Of a DNA stretch of 64,000 bases, positions 52,546 to 63,400 are shown piece after piece. Each line of letters begins with the position of its first letter. The first letter of the stretch is position 1. The stretch is from Minisyncoccota bacterium (GTDB taxonomy: Bacteria; Patescibacteriota; Minisyncoccia; UBA6257; 2-01-FULL-56-20): contig DATJLR010000002.1 in the NCBI GenBank assembly GCA_035509435.1, forward strand, positions 5,774 through 69,773, in the 5' to 3' direction. The notes below the pieces were generated by a model, which was not told the DNA's origin, did not search any database, and worked only from the letters and a program-made list of their open reading frames with translations. The position numbers and the translations under genes are program-made.

Positions 52546-54822
52546 CTATTTCTTCGCGCGCGCCCTCTTGGGCTTCGGCGGATTCTCTTTCCAATTCTTG
52601 AACGCGGCTTGGAGTTCCTCATCGGATTCCGGCTTCTTGTTCATCACGAACGTGCAGTCGGGATAGCGCGTGCAGGCAAAGAACGGCTTGCCGCGGCCTC
52701 GGGATTTTTTCTCCACGATGTCGCCGGGTTTTTCGCGCCGCTCGGGCGACTCCAGGCAGTTCGGGCACTTGAATCCGGTCTTGTTCCAGATCTTCGAGAT
52801 GCCTTTGCATTTGGGATAATCCGTGCAGCCAAGGAAGAAGCCAAAGCGGCCGCGTGTCACCTTCATCGGCTTGCCGCAGATCGGGCAGCGCTCGTCCTTT
52901 GTCTTTTCCTCAAGCGCCTTGATCTGCGCCGCTTCCTCCGGCATCGGGAGCGTGACCTTCACGCCGGGCTCCGGGCAGGCAAGGAATTTTCCCATGCGGC
53001 CGAACTTGATGATCATCGGCTTGCCGCAGTGCGGGCACGGCGTCGTGGATATCTCCACCTGCTTTTCCACGCTCGCTTCCTTTTCCGCCAGGTTCTTTTT
53101 GAACGGGCCGTAGAATTCGCGGCACACGTCGGTCCATTTCATCTGGCCCTCCGCTATTTCATCCAGTTCCTCTTCAATGTGAGAAGTAAATTTAACATCT
53201 ACAATCTCTGGAAAATTCTCTACCAGTAAATCGTTTACCAGGGTTCCGATCTCCGTCGGCTTATATTTCTTATCCTCTTTTTCCACATAGCCGCGCTCCT
53301 GGATGGTGGAAAGCGTCGGCGCGTACGTGGACGGCCGGCCCACGCCTTCCGCTTCGAGCGCTTTCACGAGCGTGGCATCGGTGTAGCGCGCCGGCGGTTC
53401 GGTGAAATGCTGGACGCCCGCAGGATTTTCTTTGGAACCCTCCGCGGCGCCGCCCGCGGCAAGCGTGAGCGCCATGCCATTCTCCAGCTTCGGAAGTCCG
53501 CCCTCGATCTCCCCGTTCGCATCGTCATCTTTCCCTTCGGTGTATACGCGAATGAACCCGTCAAAGATGATGGTCTGGCCGTTCGCGCGGAATATCTCGC
53601 CGTGCGATGTGTCCGCCGCGATGTCCACGGCGGTCTGTTCGAGCGTGGCCTCTTTCATCTGCGATGCGATCGTGCGTTTCCAGATAAGGTCATAGAGGCG
53701 GAGCTCGCCGCGATCCTTCAGCCCGATCTGCGATCCTGACACTGCCGCGAGGTTCGTGGGGCGGATCGCTTCGTGCGCTTCCTGCGCGCCCTTGCTGCGG
53801 TTCGCGTAATAGCGCGGCGAGGGAAGCTGGTATTGTTTCCCGAACTCCTCGCCGATCACGTGCTGCGCTTGTGCAAGCGCGGATGCCGCGAGGTTCAGGC
53901 TGTCCGTTCTCATATACGTGATGTGTCCGTTCTCATACAAATGCTGGGCGATCACCATTGTCTGCTTCGCGCTGAAGCCGAGCTTGCGCGCCGCTTCCTG
54001 CTGGAGCGTGCTCGTGGTGAACGGCGGCGACGGATTCCGGCGCACTTCCTTCACCGCGATGTCCGCGATGCGGTATTCCGCGCCCTTGAGTCCCTCTATA
54101 ATAGAGCGGGCGTCGGCGGCGCTTTTGATGCCCATCTTGCCGACCGCCTTCCCGTTGACGGAGTTCAGTACGGCGGGAAACGCCGATTTGCCTTTGGGCG
54201 GCAGGAAGGCCGCCTCGATCGTCCAATACTCCTCTTTATTGAAAGCCCGGATCAGGCGTTCGCGCTCCACGACGAGCCGCACTGCCACGCTCTGCACCCG
54301 TCCGGCGGAAAGCCCGTAGCGGATCTTGCGCCACAAAAATGGCGAGAGTTCATACCCCACGAGCCGGTCAAGCACGCGGCGCGCCTGCTGGGCATCGACG
54401 AGATTCACGTCCAGCGTATGCGGGTGCTCGAGCGCCTCCATGATCGCGTTCTTCGTGATCTCGTGGAACGCGATGCGCTCGTACGGCTTTGCCCCCGTCA
54501 CGGCGCCCTTCGCGGTTTTCGTACCGTCGAGATCAAGGGCGCTCACGAGGTGCCATGCGATCGCTTCCCCTTCGCGGTCCTCGTCAGTTGCGAGGATCAC
54601 TTTGTCCGCCTTCTTCGCGAGCGACTTCAAATGGGCCACGACCGGTTCGGCCTTCTTCGGGATCATGTAGCTTGGCGCGAAGTCATGCGCGATATCGATG
54701 CCGATCTTGCTCTTGGGCAGGTCGCGGATATGTCCGTATGAGGATTCGACCACAAATTCCTTTCCGACGAATTTGCCGATGGTTTTCGCCTTGGTGGGGG
54801 ACTCGACGATGATCAGTTCCAT
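52546..54822 (-). CDS. topA: DNA topoisomerase I with C-terminal zinc-ribbon repeats
   Basis: TOPRIM MELIIVESPTKAK. Catalytic Tyr region ITYMRTDS. Multiple CxxC...CxxC fingers. Confidence 0.95.
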   Translation of the reverse strand: MELIIVESPTKAKTIGKFVGKEFVVESSYGHIRDLPKSKIGIDIAHDFAPSYMIPKKAEPVVAHLKSLAKKADKVILATDEDREGEAIAWHLVSALDLDGTKTAKGAVTGAKPYERIAFHEITKNAIMEALEHPHTLDVNLVDAQQARRVLDRLVGYELSPFLWRKIRYGLSAGRVQSVAVRLVVERERLIRAFNKEEYWTIEAAFLPPKGKSAFPAVLNSVNGKAVGKMGIKSAADARSIIEGLKGAEYRIADIAVKEVRRNPSPPFTTSTLQQEAARKLGFSAKQTMVIAQHLYENGHITYMRTDSLNLAASALAQAQHVIGEEFGKQYQLPSPRYYANRSKGAQEAHEAIRPTNLAAVSGSQIGLKDRGELRLYDLIWKRTIASQMKEATLEQTAVDIAADTSHGEIFRANGQTIIFDGFIRVYTEGKDDDANGEIEGGLPKLENGMALTLAAGGAAEGSKENPAGVQHFTEPPARYTDATLVKALEAEGVGRPSTYAPTLSTIQERGYVEKEDKKYKPTEIGTLVNDLLVENFPEIVDVKFTSHIEEELDEIAEGQMKWTDVCREFYGPFKKNLAEKEASVEKQVEISTTPCPHCGKPMIIKFGRMGKFLACPEPGVKVTLPMPEEAAQIKALEEKTKDERCPICGKPMKVTRGRFGFFLGCTDYPKCKGISKIWNKTGFKCPNCLESPERREKPGDIVEKKSRGRGKPFFACTRYPDCTFVMNKKPESDEELQAAFKNWKENPPKPKRARAKK

Positions 54823-54840
54823 ATATATAGAGTGAATTGT

Positions 54841-55884
54841 TTATATTGTATACCCTGTGTCTGTTTCTTTGATCTTTCCTCTTATAAGAAGGAAGCTCAG
54901 GGCCTGATTGATGATTTGGGGTTCAAGTTTAGTCAACGAGACCAATTTGTCAACATCCGCCGCCGCCGAGATCTCCGTGAGGGCTTTTAAAATAAGCATT
55001 TCTTCGGGCGGCATGCCATCCGCCGCCCGCGCGGCTTCGCCCTTTTTATCAACATCATATGCCTCAAAAATATCATCGGGCGACGCCACCAGTTCCGCCC
55101 CTTGACGGATGAGCGCGTGCGACCCTTTGAAGCCGTCCACGGTGATCGCGCCGGGGACCACGAACACGTCGCGGTTCTGCTCCACCGCGTAGCGCGCCGT
55201 TGCGAGCGCGCCGGACGACTCCGGCGCCTCCACGATAAGCACGCCGCGCGATATTCCGCTCATGATGCGGTTCCGCTCGATGAACCGGTAGCTGAGCGGC
55301 GCCTCGCCCGGCGGATATTCCGATGCGAGCGTGCCGCCCGCCGCGAGCATCCGATCCGCAAGCCCGCGGTGCGAGTGGGGATAGACGTTGTCCAATCCTC
55401 CGGCGAGGACGGCGACGGTCGCGCCGTGGGCGTCGAGGGCGCCTTCATGCGCCGCCGCGTCAATGCCGAACGCCAGGCCGCTTGCGATCGCGAAGCCGAC
55501 GGCCGCAAGTTCGCGCGCGAATTGACGGGCGATGCGCTTTCCGTCGGCGCTTGCGCGCCGCGTTCCCACGATGGCAACGCGCGGCGGCGCTTCCGTGCGT
55601 TGCGGCGCGAGCGTGCCGCCGCGCAGGTAGAGGGCGAACGGCGGATGGGGGATGTGCCGGAGCGTCTCCGGAAATTCCGCGTCTTCGCGCAGCGCAATGC
55701 GGATGCCCGCACGTTCCAGCCGCGCATATTCCCGTTCCGGATCGGGACCCGGCGCGCCGCTGCGCGCGAACGCGCGATATGCCGCTTCCCACGAAGCGGC
55801 GGCATTCCGGTATTTCTTTATGGTTGCATAGCCGCCGTGCGTGGCGGCGGCAATGGCGTGATAATAATAGTGGGCGTCGTTCAT
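54841..55884 (-). CDS. dprA: DNA processing protein DprA/Smf
   Basis: Rossmann-like DprA core (VVSGLAFGIDAAAHEGAL, GGTLASEY). 347 aa. Confidence 0.85.
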   Translation of the reverse strand: MNDAHYYYHAIAAATHGGYATIKKYRNAAASWEAAYRAFARSGAPGPDPEREYARLERAGIRIALREDAEFPETLRHIPHPPFALYLRGGTLAPQRTEAPPRVAIVGTRRASADGKRIARQFARELAAVGFAIASGLAFGIDAAAHEGALDAHGATVAVLAGGLDNVYPHSHRGLADRMLAAGGTLASEYPPGEAPLSYRFIERNRIMSGISRGVLIVEAPESSGALATARYAVEQNRDVFVVPGAITVDGFKGSHALIRQGAELVASPDDIFEAYDVDKKGEAARAADGMPPEEMLILKALTEISAAADVDKLVSLTKLEPQIINQALSFLLIRGKIKETDTGYTI

Positions 55885-55975
55885 GGATTATTGAGCCTAG
55901 CAGAATATGCAAAAATCGCGAAATGTGGCTTAACGATGATTTAATAATTCTCAGTTCTGTTATAATGATCAGGTA

Positions 55976-56509
55976 ATGGTCATACAGCGCTTTAGAAAGC
56001 AATTTTGGATCAGCTTCAGCGTCATTATCGTAAGCGCGATCGCTGCCGGCGTTGCTTTGAACTTCCTTTCCGGCGCGATCACCGCGCAGGCTTCCGCGAT
56101 CGCGCGCGACCGGGGAGCGATCCAGGAGAAGACCGACGCGGTCGCGAACCTCGCCATGCTCGAGTCCGGCGCGGCCCAGGCGGCGCAATACCAGACAGCG
56201 ATCGACCAGCTTTTCCCGAGCCAGTACCAGGTGGTGACGTTCACCCAGTGGCTTTCATCCCTTGGGCAGAAGTACGGCGTCGCGACCAATGCCGCGTTCC
56301 AAGGGGCGAGCGTGCCGCCGTCGGGGAGCGACCCCGGAAGCGCGCAGTTCTCTTTCAGCGCCCAGGGTACTCCGCAAGCGCTCAGCGCATTTCTCGATGG
56401 CATGAACGAGCGGTCATCCGGCTTTCTCGTATCGCTCACCTCGTTTGACGTGACAGGATCCGGAGGGGAGGAAACCATGACAGGGCAGGGCATGCTGTTC
56501 TTTAAATGA
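55976..56509 (+). CDS. PilO/PilN-like type IV pilus biogenesis membrane protein (putative)
   Basis: Single N-terminal TM and a coiled-coil segment, within the pilus neighbourhood. TGtTATAAT extended -10 at 55954-55962. Confidence 0.4.
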   Translation: MVIQRFRKQFWISFSVIIVSAIAAGVALNFLSGAITAQASAIARDRGAIQEKTDAVANLAMLESGAAQAAQYQTAIDQLFPSQYQVVTFTQWLSSLGQKYGVATNAAFQGASVPPSGSDPGSAQFSFSAQGTPQALSAFLDGMNERSSGFLVSLTSFDVTGSGGEETMTGQGMLFFK

Positions 56510-56519
56510 CCGCTTCCGC

Positions 56520-56798
56520 ATGAAAAAATTCTTACGCCATCATCCAAGCGTTGTGATCGGGGCCCTCGCGATAATTTTTGTCGCGGCGCTCTTCGCGGCA
56601 TATTCGTGGGCGATCAACGATGTGTTCATGGCGCTGCACACCGCGCTCGCGACGCCACGTTCGGAGAGCGTGAGCGGGTTCGACCTTGCGAGCGCGTCAA
56701 AGCTGGACCTTCGCGGATTGGTAAGTTCCTCGTCCCTATCAGCGTCGGCGCCGCAGACAGCGAGCGCGACCGCCTCCTCCACGCTGCCGACGCCATAA
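56520..56798 (+). CDS. Hypothetical small membrane protein (pilus-locus associated)
   Basis: 92 aa with one TM. Coupled 10 nt after the upstream gene. Confidence 0.35.
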   Translation: MKKFLRHHPSVVIGALAIIFVAALFAAYSWAINDVFMALHTALATPRSESVSGFDLASASKLDLRGLVSSSSLSASAPQTASATASSTLPTP

Positions 56799-56878
56799 TA
56801 ACGGGGATCGTAGGGGCGCGCGGCTATTGAAAAAATCCGGACAACCCCGTATCATGAACCATGCCTTGGCCGCGCCGG

Positions 56879-56950
56879 GCGCGATTAGCTCAGTGGTAGA
56901 GCGTCACATTGACATTGTGAAGGCCGGAGGTCCGATCCCTCCATCGCGCA
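56879..56950 (+). tRNA. tRNA-Val (anticodon GAC)
   Basis: Acceptor GCGCGAT/ATCGCGC. D-arm GCTCAGTGGTAGAGC. Anticodon stem TCACA/TGTGA with loop TTGACAT. T-loop GGTCCGATCCC. Confidence 0.85.
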
Positions 56951-57011
56951 CATATGATACGCTTGCGGTCCGGACACTTCTGATGTAAAAAAGAGTGTGG
57001 CCGCTGCGATT

Positions 57012-57083
57012 GCGCGTGTAGCTCAGTGGTAGAGCATTTCACTGATAATGAAAAGGTCGTAGGTTCGATTCCTACCACGCGCA
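57012..57083 (+). tRNA. tRNA-Ile (anticodon GAT)
   Basis: Acceptor GCGCGTG/CACGCGC. Anticodon stem TTTCA/TGAAA with loop CTGATAA. T-loop GGTTCGATTCC. Confidence 0.85.
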
Positions 57084-57092
57084 CAAACAAAA

Positions 57093-57821
57093 ATGTCCGA
57101 GCCGAAAACCATCTTCGAGAACAAGGACTTTGTCGTTGTCGATAAGCCCGCGGGGCTCATGGTGCACGCGGCGCGCGTGAGCGGGCGGCGGCGCGGCAAG
57201 AAGGGCAGCGCGGATGAGCTCCGCGCCGTCGAGCCGACGCTCGTCGACTGGCTCCTCGTCCGCTATCCGGAAATAAAAAACGTAGGTGACGATCCATCGG
57301 TGCGGCCGGGGATCGTGCACCGGCTCGACAAGGCGACGTCCGGCGTGATGATCGTCGCGCGGACACCGGCGTCGTTCGAGCGGCTCAAAAAACTTTTCCA
57401 GGAGCACCGCATGGCGAAGACATATTTCGCGGTGGTGGAAGGCGCTCCGAAAGGTAAAAAGGGGACCATCGATGCGCCGATCGGGATAAAAAGCGGCTCG
57501 CTCAAGCGGAGCATCCATTCGTCGAAGATGGCAAAGCCGGCCGTGACGGAGTATTCAGTGGTAAAGGAGCTCAGCGGGGGCGGCAACGATGCTGCTCGGC
57601 GGACGCTATTGATGGTAAGCCCGAAGACGGGGCGAACCCACCAGATCCGCGTGCATCTCGCGAGCATCGGACACCCTATCGTAGGGGACGTGCTGTATGG
57701 GAAAAAGACAGGCGCTCCCCGCCTGATGCTCCATGCCTCCGCGCTCGCGTTTTCCGACGGTGCCGGGAACCGGTTCGAGTTCGAGGCGCCCCTGCCGGAA
57801 GATTTCGCCATCCGCCCATGA
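57093..57821 (+). CDS. RluA-family pseudouridine synthase
   Basis: HRLDKATSGVMIVART catalytic Asp motif. Confidence 0.9.
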   Translation: MSEPKTIFENKDFVVVDKPAGLMVHAARVSGRRRGKKGSADELRAVEPTLVDWLLVRYPEIKNVGDDPSVRPGIVHRLDKATSGVMIVARTPASFERLKKLFQEHRMAKTYFAVVEGAPKGKKGTIDAPIGIKSGSLKRSIHSSKMAKPAVTEYSVVKELSGGGNDAARRTLLMVSPKTGRTHQIRVHLASIGHPIVGDVLYGKKTGAPRLMLHASALAFSDGAGNRFEFEAPLPEDFAIRP

Positions 57822-57924
57822 CAAGCCACTTATCCACAGGGCAGAAATGGCCGATGCCGTATAATATATTTATAGAGAAGTACGGAAAGGTCGAGTTTCT
57901 CTAACAACGCGTAAAATACCGATC

Positions 57925-58536
57925 ATGAAAATTAACAGGAAGAAAAAGGGCTTTACCCTCATCGAACTTCTCGTTGTCATTGCGATCATCGCGATCTTGG
58001 CGGTCGTGGTCGTTCTTACTTTGAATCCTGCCGAACTTTTGCGCCAGGCGAGGGACTCAAACCGTATCTCCGACTTCGCGACGCTGAAGAGCGCCTTGTC
58101 GCTGTACGCGACGGACGTATCGACTTCGACGCCGATGTATGGAGCACAATCCGGCGCCAGTGCGTTGAACCTCTATGCTTCGTATCCGACTGCTTCGTCA
58201 TCAGCTTTCTTCAATACTACGGGCACATGGGGATTCTTGGGCGGTGAGACAACAGTGACTTCCACCAATACCAGAGCGGTTGATGGATCAGGCTGGATCC
58301 CGGTTAACTTGAATGCGATCAGTTCGGGTGCCCCGATCAGCAGCTATCCAGTCGATCCTTCGAACACAGGTGGAAACCTGTATGTTTATGCTGCATCAAG
58401 CACCGTTTTTAAGCTCGCCACTAAAATGGAGAGCCAGAAGTATGGAGGAGCAACAAGTGTTTCGAACGTCACTCAGGGTGATGGGGGTAATAGTTCAAGC
58501 ACTTACGAGGCAGGAACGAACCTGACCCAACTGTAA
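57925..58536 (+). CDS. Type IV pilin (short form, no LamG domain)
   Basis: KGFTLIELLVVIAIIAILAVVVV. Ser/Thr-rich globular part. Confidence 0.8.
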   Translation: MKINRKKKGFTLIELLVVIAIIAILAVVVVLTLNPAELLRQARDSNRISDFATLKSALSLYATDVSTSTPMYGAQSGASALNLYASYPTASSSAFFNTTGTWGFLGGETTVTSTNTRAVDGSGWIPVNLNAISSGAPISSYPVDPSNTGGNLYVYAASSTVFKLATKMESQKYGGATSVSNVTQGDGGNSSSTYEAGTNLTQL

Positions 58537-58559
58537 TCGCTTTCGGAACGTATCCGCAA

Positions 58560-58592
58560 AAAGCGCCGGAAAGACCGGCGCTTTTTGTTTTG
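58560..58592 (+). terminator. Intrinsic terminator (AAAAGCGCCGG-aaagA-CCGGCGCTTTTTGTTTT)
   Basis: 8-bp GC stem plus a T-run after the pilin gene. Confidence 0.65.
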
Positions 58593-58594
58593 CC

Positions 58595-60346
58595 GTGCGC
58601 TTTGGTATGATTAACCTACAGTCATACTCCATGAAACTCCCTATCTCCCCGGATCAGCTCAAAAAATTATTGATCGAGCAGAATCTCATCGCCCCCGAAC
58701 GGTTCGATGATCTGTATCAGGAGGCCGACCGCAAGAACCAGAGCGTGATCGACGTCCTTGTCTCGGAAAAGATCGTCGAGCACAGCTATCTGAACGACCT
58801 CATCGCGTCCCTGCTCGGCGTGCCGCGTGCGGACTTTACGCTCAAGCCGGTGGACAAGGAGATGGTAAAGCTGCTTTCGGAGTCGGTGGCGCGCCAGCGC
58901 CAGGTGATCGTTTTCGGCAAGGAGAGCGATGGGACGTTCGATGTCGCCATGACCGATCCGTCGGACCTTGAGACACGCGAATTCCTTGCGCAGAAGCTGG
59001 GCGGCAAGATAAAGCCGTTCCTTGCCTCGCCGGAGGACCTTGACCGCGGATTCTCCGTCTACGGCTACGAGCTTGGCCAGGATTTCAAGAAGATAATAGA
59101 GGACAACGTACGCGCTTCGCTCGTCAGCCAATCCAAGGATGCCAAAGAGGCCGCCGGCGACCTTCCCATCGTCGGCATCGTGGATAACATCCTGTCGTAC
59201 GCGCTCGCGTCGCGCGCGTCGGACATCCACATAGAGATCCTCGAGGAATCCACGTTCATCCGCTACCGCATCGACGGCATCCTGTACCAGATCATGGACG
59301 TCACGAAGGCCATCCATCCTGGCATCGTTGCGCGCATCAAGCTGCTTGCGGGATTGAAGATCGACGAACACTTTGCGCCGCAGGACGGACGGTTCCGCTA
59401 TCAGCTTGGCGGCCAGACGATCGACGTCCGCGTTTCCACGATGCCCACGTTTTACGGCGAGAAGGTGGAAATGCGCTTGCTCGAGTCGTCGCAAAAACCG
59501 CTCTCGCTCGAAGAGCTCGGCATGACGCCGGAGGTGGCGCGCCTTGTTTCGGACAACCTTAAGAAATCCTACGGCATGCTCATCTCGTGCGGCCCGACCG
59601 GTTCCGGCAAGACGACCACGCTCTACGCGCTCATGAACATGCTCAACCGTCCCGAGGTGAACGTGACGACGGTGGAGGACCCGATCGAATACAACATGCG
59701 CTACGTCAACCAGACGCAGATCAATCCACAGGCCGGGGTCACCTTTGCGTCCGGATTGCGCGCGCTTTTGCGCCAGGACCCGAACATCATCATGGTCGGT
59801 GAGATCCGCGACGCCGAGACGGCCGATATCGCCGTGCAGGCCGCGCTCACCGGACACCTGCTGCTTTCATCGCTCCACACGAACGATGCGCCGACGGCGA
59901 TCCCGCGCTTCTTTGACCTCAACATTCCGCCGTTCCTCGTGAGTTCGGTGCTGAATCTCATCATCGCCCAGCGTCTCGTGCGCAAGGTCTGCCAGACCTG
60001 CATTTATTCCTATGACGCCGAGCCGGATGTCCTTGAAACGCTGAAGAAGCAGTTGAAGGGGAACGGCCTTGATCCGGAGAAGGTACATCTTCCGAAGACG
60101 CTTTACGCAGGCAAGGGATGTTCGTCGTGCGGCGGGACGGGATATCGCGGACGGCTTGGCATCTATGAGGTGCTGGAGGTGAACGAAAAGATGAAGGAAA
60201 TGATCGTAAAGCCGGAGTTCGATCTTGAAGGCACGCGGGCGGCGGCGCAGGCGGCGGGCATGAAGACCATGTTCGAGGACGGCCTGCAAAAAGTGGAGGT
60301 GGCGCTTACGACGCTCGAGGAGGTGCTGCGCGTGATCCGGGAATAG
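58595..60346 (+). CDS. pilB: Type IV pilus assembly ATPase PilB/GspE family
   Basis: Walker A GPTGSGKTTTLYA. Asp/His boxes. C-terminal CxxC tetracysteine. The start may be the Met at 58631. Confidence 0.9.
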   Translation: MRFGMINLQSYSMKLPISPDQLKKLLIEQNLIAPERFDDLYQEADRKNQSVIDVLVSEKIVEHSYLNDLIASLLGVPRADFTLKPVDKEMVKLLSESVARQRQVIVFGKESDGTFDVAMTDPSDLETREFLAQKLGGKIKPFLASPEDLDRGFSVYGYELGQDFKKIIEDNVRASLVSQSKDAKEAAGDLPIVGIVDNILSYALASRASDIHIEILEESTFIRYRIDGILYQIMDVTKAIHPGIVARIKLLAGLKIDEHFAPQDGRFRYQLGGQTIDVRVSTMPTFYGEKVEMRLLESSQKPLSLEELGMTPEVARLVSDNLKKSYGMLISCGPTGSGKTTTLYALMNMLNRPEVNVTTVEDPIEYNMRYVNQTQINPQAGVTFASGLRALLRQDPNIIMVGEIRDAETADIAVQAALTGHLLLSSLHTNDAPTAIPRFFDLNIPPFLVSSVLNLIIAQRLVRKVCQTCIYSYDAEPDVLETLKKQLKGNGLDPEKVHLPKTLYAGKGCSSCGGTGYRGRLGIYEVLEVNEKMKEMIVKPEFDLEGTRAAAQAAGMKTMFEDGLQKVEVALTTLEEVLRVIRE

Positions 60347-60419
60347 GAAAAGTTATACACAGCGACTGATGGCGCTTTGGTGGCACCCTTAGTACTATAT
60401 ATGTATGAAATATAAACCT

Positions 60420-63400
60420 ATGTCTGTCAAAAGGTTTGTCCTTGTGGCATCCTTTTTTGCGGCCGCGTTCCTTTTAATAAATAACCAGTCGGCACACGCG
60501 GCAGCGTCGAACGTGTATATCGCCCAGAGCGCGGCAGGTTCCGGAAACGGTTCGAGCTGCGCGAACGCATACGCGTACAGCTTCTTTAACAGTTCCGGCA
60601 ACTGGGGAAGCGGCGCGAGCCAGATAGGTCCCGGCACCACGGTCCACGTCTGCGGCACGATCTCCGTCGGCGCAAACCAGGAAGCGCTTGTCTTCAATGG
60701 CAGCGGCACGAGCGGCAGTCCGATCACGCTGTATTTTGAGAGCGGCGCGGTCCTTACGTCGCCCGAATGGCCTGCCGATGGCTCCGGTGGCGCCATCGAC
60801 CTTGGAAGCCACAGTTATGTCACCGTCAATGGAAACGGCGGAACCAACGGAATGACGGAGGGCGTCATCCAGGCAACATCGAACGGCGATTCCAACGCGC
60901 ACTGCATCAGCGGGTCGTGCACGTCTCATGGCGACAGTAACGGCATTGAAGCGGACGCGGGCGCGGAGAACGTCACGATTGAAGGACTCACCATTAGCGA
61001 CATGTATGTTGCGGTAAGCGGTGTCTCGGGCGGGGGAGGCGGCAGCTGCATGTATAACAACGGCAATGTGAGCAATTGGACGATCACCGATAATATCATG
61101 CACGATATGGGGTGGTGCATCAGTCTCCAGTATAATGGCGGCACGTCATCAAACCTCACGATCTCCGATAACAACATCTATAACATTGACCATGGCATCG
61201 CGCTCGGCAGCGGATCTGCGGGTGAAACGTTAACGAACGTCAATGTCTACGGCAACTACATCCACGACTATTCCAACTGGGATACCGGCGCTGCCGATGT
61301 ATGGCACCATGACGGTATCCATATCTGGGGCTACAACGATGACGGTTCCGATCCGATCAGCAACGTCAACATCTACGACAACACATTCGGCGGGAGCGTC
61401 GGCACGAATCCGACGGCGCAGATCTTCATTGAGCGGAACGGCGGAAACACCAAGAACGTCAGCATCTATAATAACCTTGTCATGGATACCGGCGCCGGTA
61501 CCGATAACGACGGCTTGATCACTACCGGCCAGGACGGAGGATACAAGATATACAACAATACGATCGCGTGCACGAACCCGAACAACCAGGATATCGCGGT
61601 TGGAACTTCGAACTCCCCGAACATCACCTTCATCAATAACCTCGTGAGCGGCTGCCAGCTTGGCTTGATGTATCTGGGCGGCGGCAGCGTCGCGTCGGGT
61701 CAGATCCATAACAACATTTATACGGGTGGGCCCGGGAATTGCTCACAGGGAGGCGACGACTGCTTCGATTACGGCAGTTCCGGCTGGTACGGCTCGTTTT
61801 CGACCTGGGAGTCGCAGACCGGCGAGACGAATTCCACCTACGTTTCAACGGCGAACATTTCTTCCCTGGGCGTGCCGCAATCCGGCTCTCCTGCCATCGG
61901 CGCCGGCGCGAACCTGACGTCGCTCGGCATCGGCACGCTTGATTCCGACATAGCCGGCGTCGCCCGGCCTTCTTCGGGCGCATGGGATGTCGGCGCATAT
62001 GAGGTTTCGGCTGGTTCCGGCGGCGGGGGAGGCGGCACCACTGTTTCCGCGCCCGGCATCACGAGCGCGCTTTCGGTCTCCGCAACGGCCGGCAGCTCCT
62101 TCAGCTACCAGATCGGCGCTTCGAACAGCCCCACCTCGTATGGTGCGAGCGGCCTTCCGTCCGGACTCTCGGTGAACTCCGCATCGGGATTGATCTCCGG
62201 CACGCCGTCGTCCGCGGGGACATATTCCGTGACGATCTCCGCTTCGAACAGCGGCGGCACCAGCAGCGCAACGCTCACTCTCACGGTCGCATCCGCTGCC
62301 GTCACAAAGTACACTCTCGCGGTCGCAAAGGCAGGCACGGGCAGCGGTACGGTAACCGGCGGCTCTATAAACTGCGGCTCGACCTGCTCTGAGTCGGCGA
62401 ATGCCGGCACGAGCGTCACGCTCGCCGCCTCGGCCGCCTCTGGATCCACATTCTCCGGATGGTCAGGCGCGTGCACGGGAACGGGAACGTGCGCCGTTAC
62501 CTTGAATGCCGCCACGAATGTCACGGCGAACTTTACCCTCCAGACCGCGGCGCCTTCGGTCCCCGTCGTGACGAGCGCCCTTTCCGCGAACGGCACCGTA
62601 GGATCGTCGTTCGGTTACCAGATCACGGCGATCAACAGCCCGACGACCTATGCGGCCGTCGGCCTCCCCTCCGGCCTGTCCGTGAACTCCGCGAATGGCG
62701 TCATCTCCGGCACTCCTACTTCCGCCGGCACATATAATGTGACCCTGAACGCGAACAATGCGGCAGGCGTCGGCACTGCCACCCTGAAGATCACGATCGC
62801 GGCACAGGTTACCTCGGTCAACTACACGCTTACCGCTACGACCGCGGGAACCGGCTCGGGCAGCATGACAGTGGCCGGCCAGAGCTGCGGCTCATCCTGC
62901 ACCGCGACGGTGACAGGGACCTCGCAGGGTCCTGTGAGCGTGACGGTCACCGAGACCCCCGCCTCGGGATCCACATTCTCCGGATGGTCAGGCGCGTGCA
63001 CCTCGACATCATCAAGCTGCACGTTTACGATCACCGGCAACTCGACCATTACCGCCAACTTTACCGGCTCAACTTCCACCCCGCCGCCCGCTTCTTCGGG
63101 AAGCTGTTCAACGATCGGTTCTGGCTGGACGAATGTCCCCATCACATCGGAGACAAGCGGAATCTTTACGGTCTCCTTTGACGCCACGCCGGCGGCGAAC
63201 GACATTGATGCGGTGACCGGGCTCTCGACGAGCGCCGCATCGCAGTTCACCGACATGGCCGCTATCGTCCGCTTCAACACATCGGGAGACATTGATGCGA
63301 TCGACGGGCCGAACTACTTGGCGGCGAGCACGCTTCCGTATCAGGGAGGAATCACATACCACGTCACGATGACGGTGAACCTGGGCACAAAGACCTATTC

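Noticed and set aside
56890-57090. 66-aa minus-strand ORF
   Set aside because: It is entirely antisense to the tRNA-Val/tRNA-Ile genes.
57833-57841. Perfect DnaA box TTATCCACA downstream of rluA
   Set aside because: It is a single 9-mer. The expected chance occurrence in 64 kb on two strands is ~0.5, and there is no cluster or adjacent dnaA/dnaN.
60395-63362. Several 80-210-aa minus-strand ORFs across 60.4-63.4 kb
   Set aside because: They are antisense to the long open plus-strand frame encoding the beta-helix/He_PIG protein. That frame has a signal peptide and coherent repeated domains.
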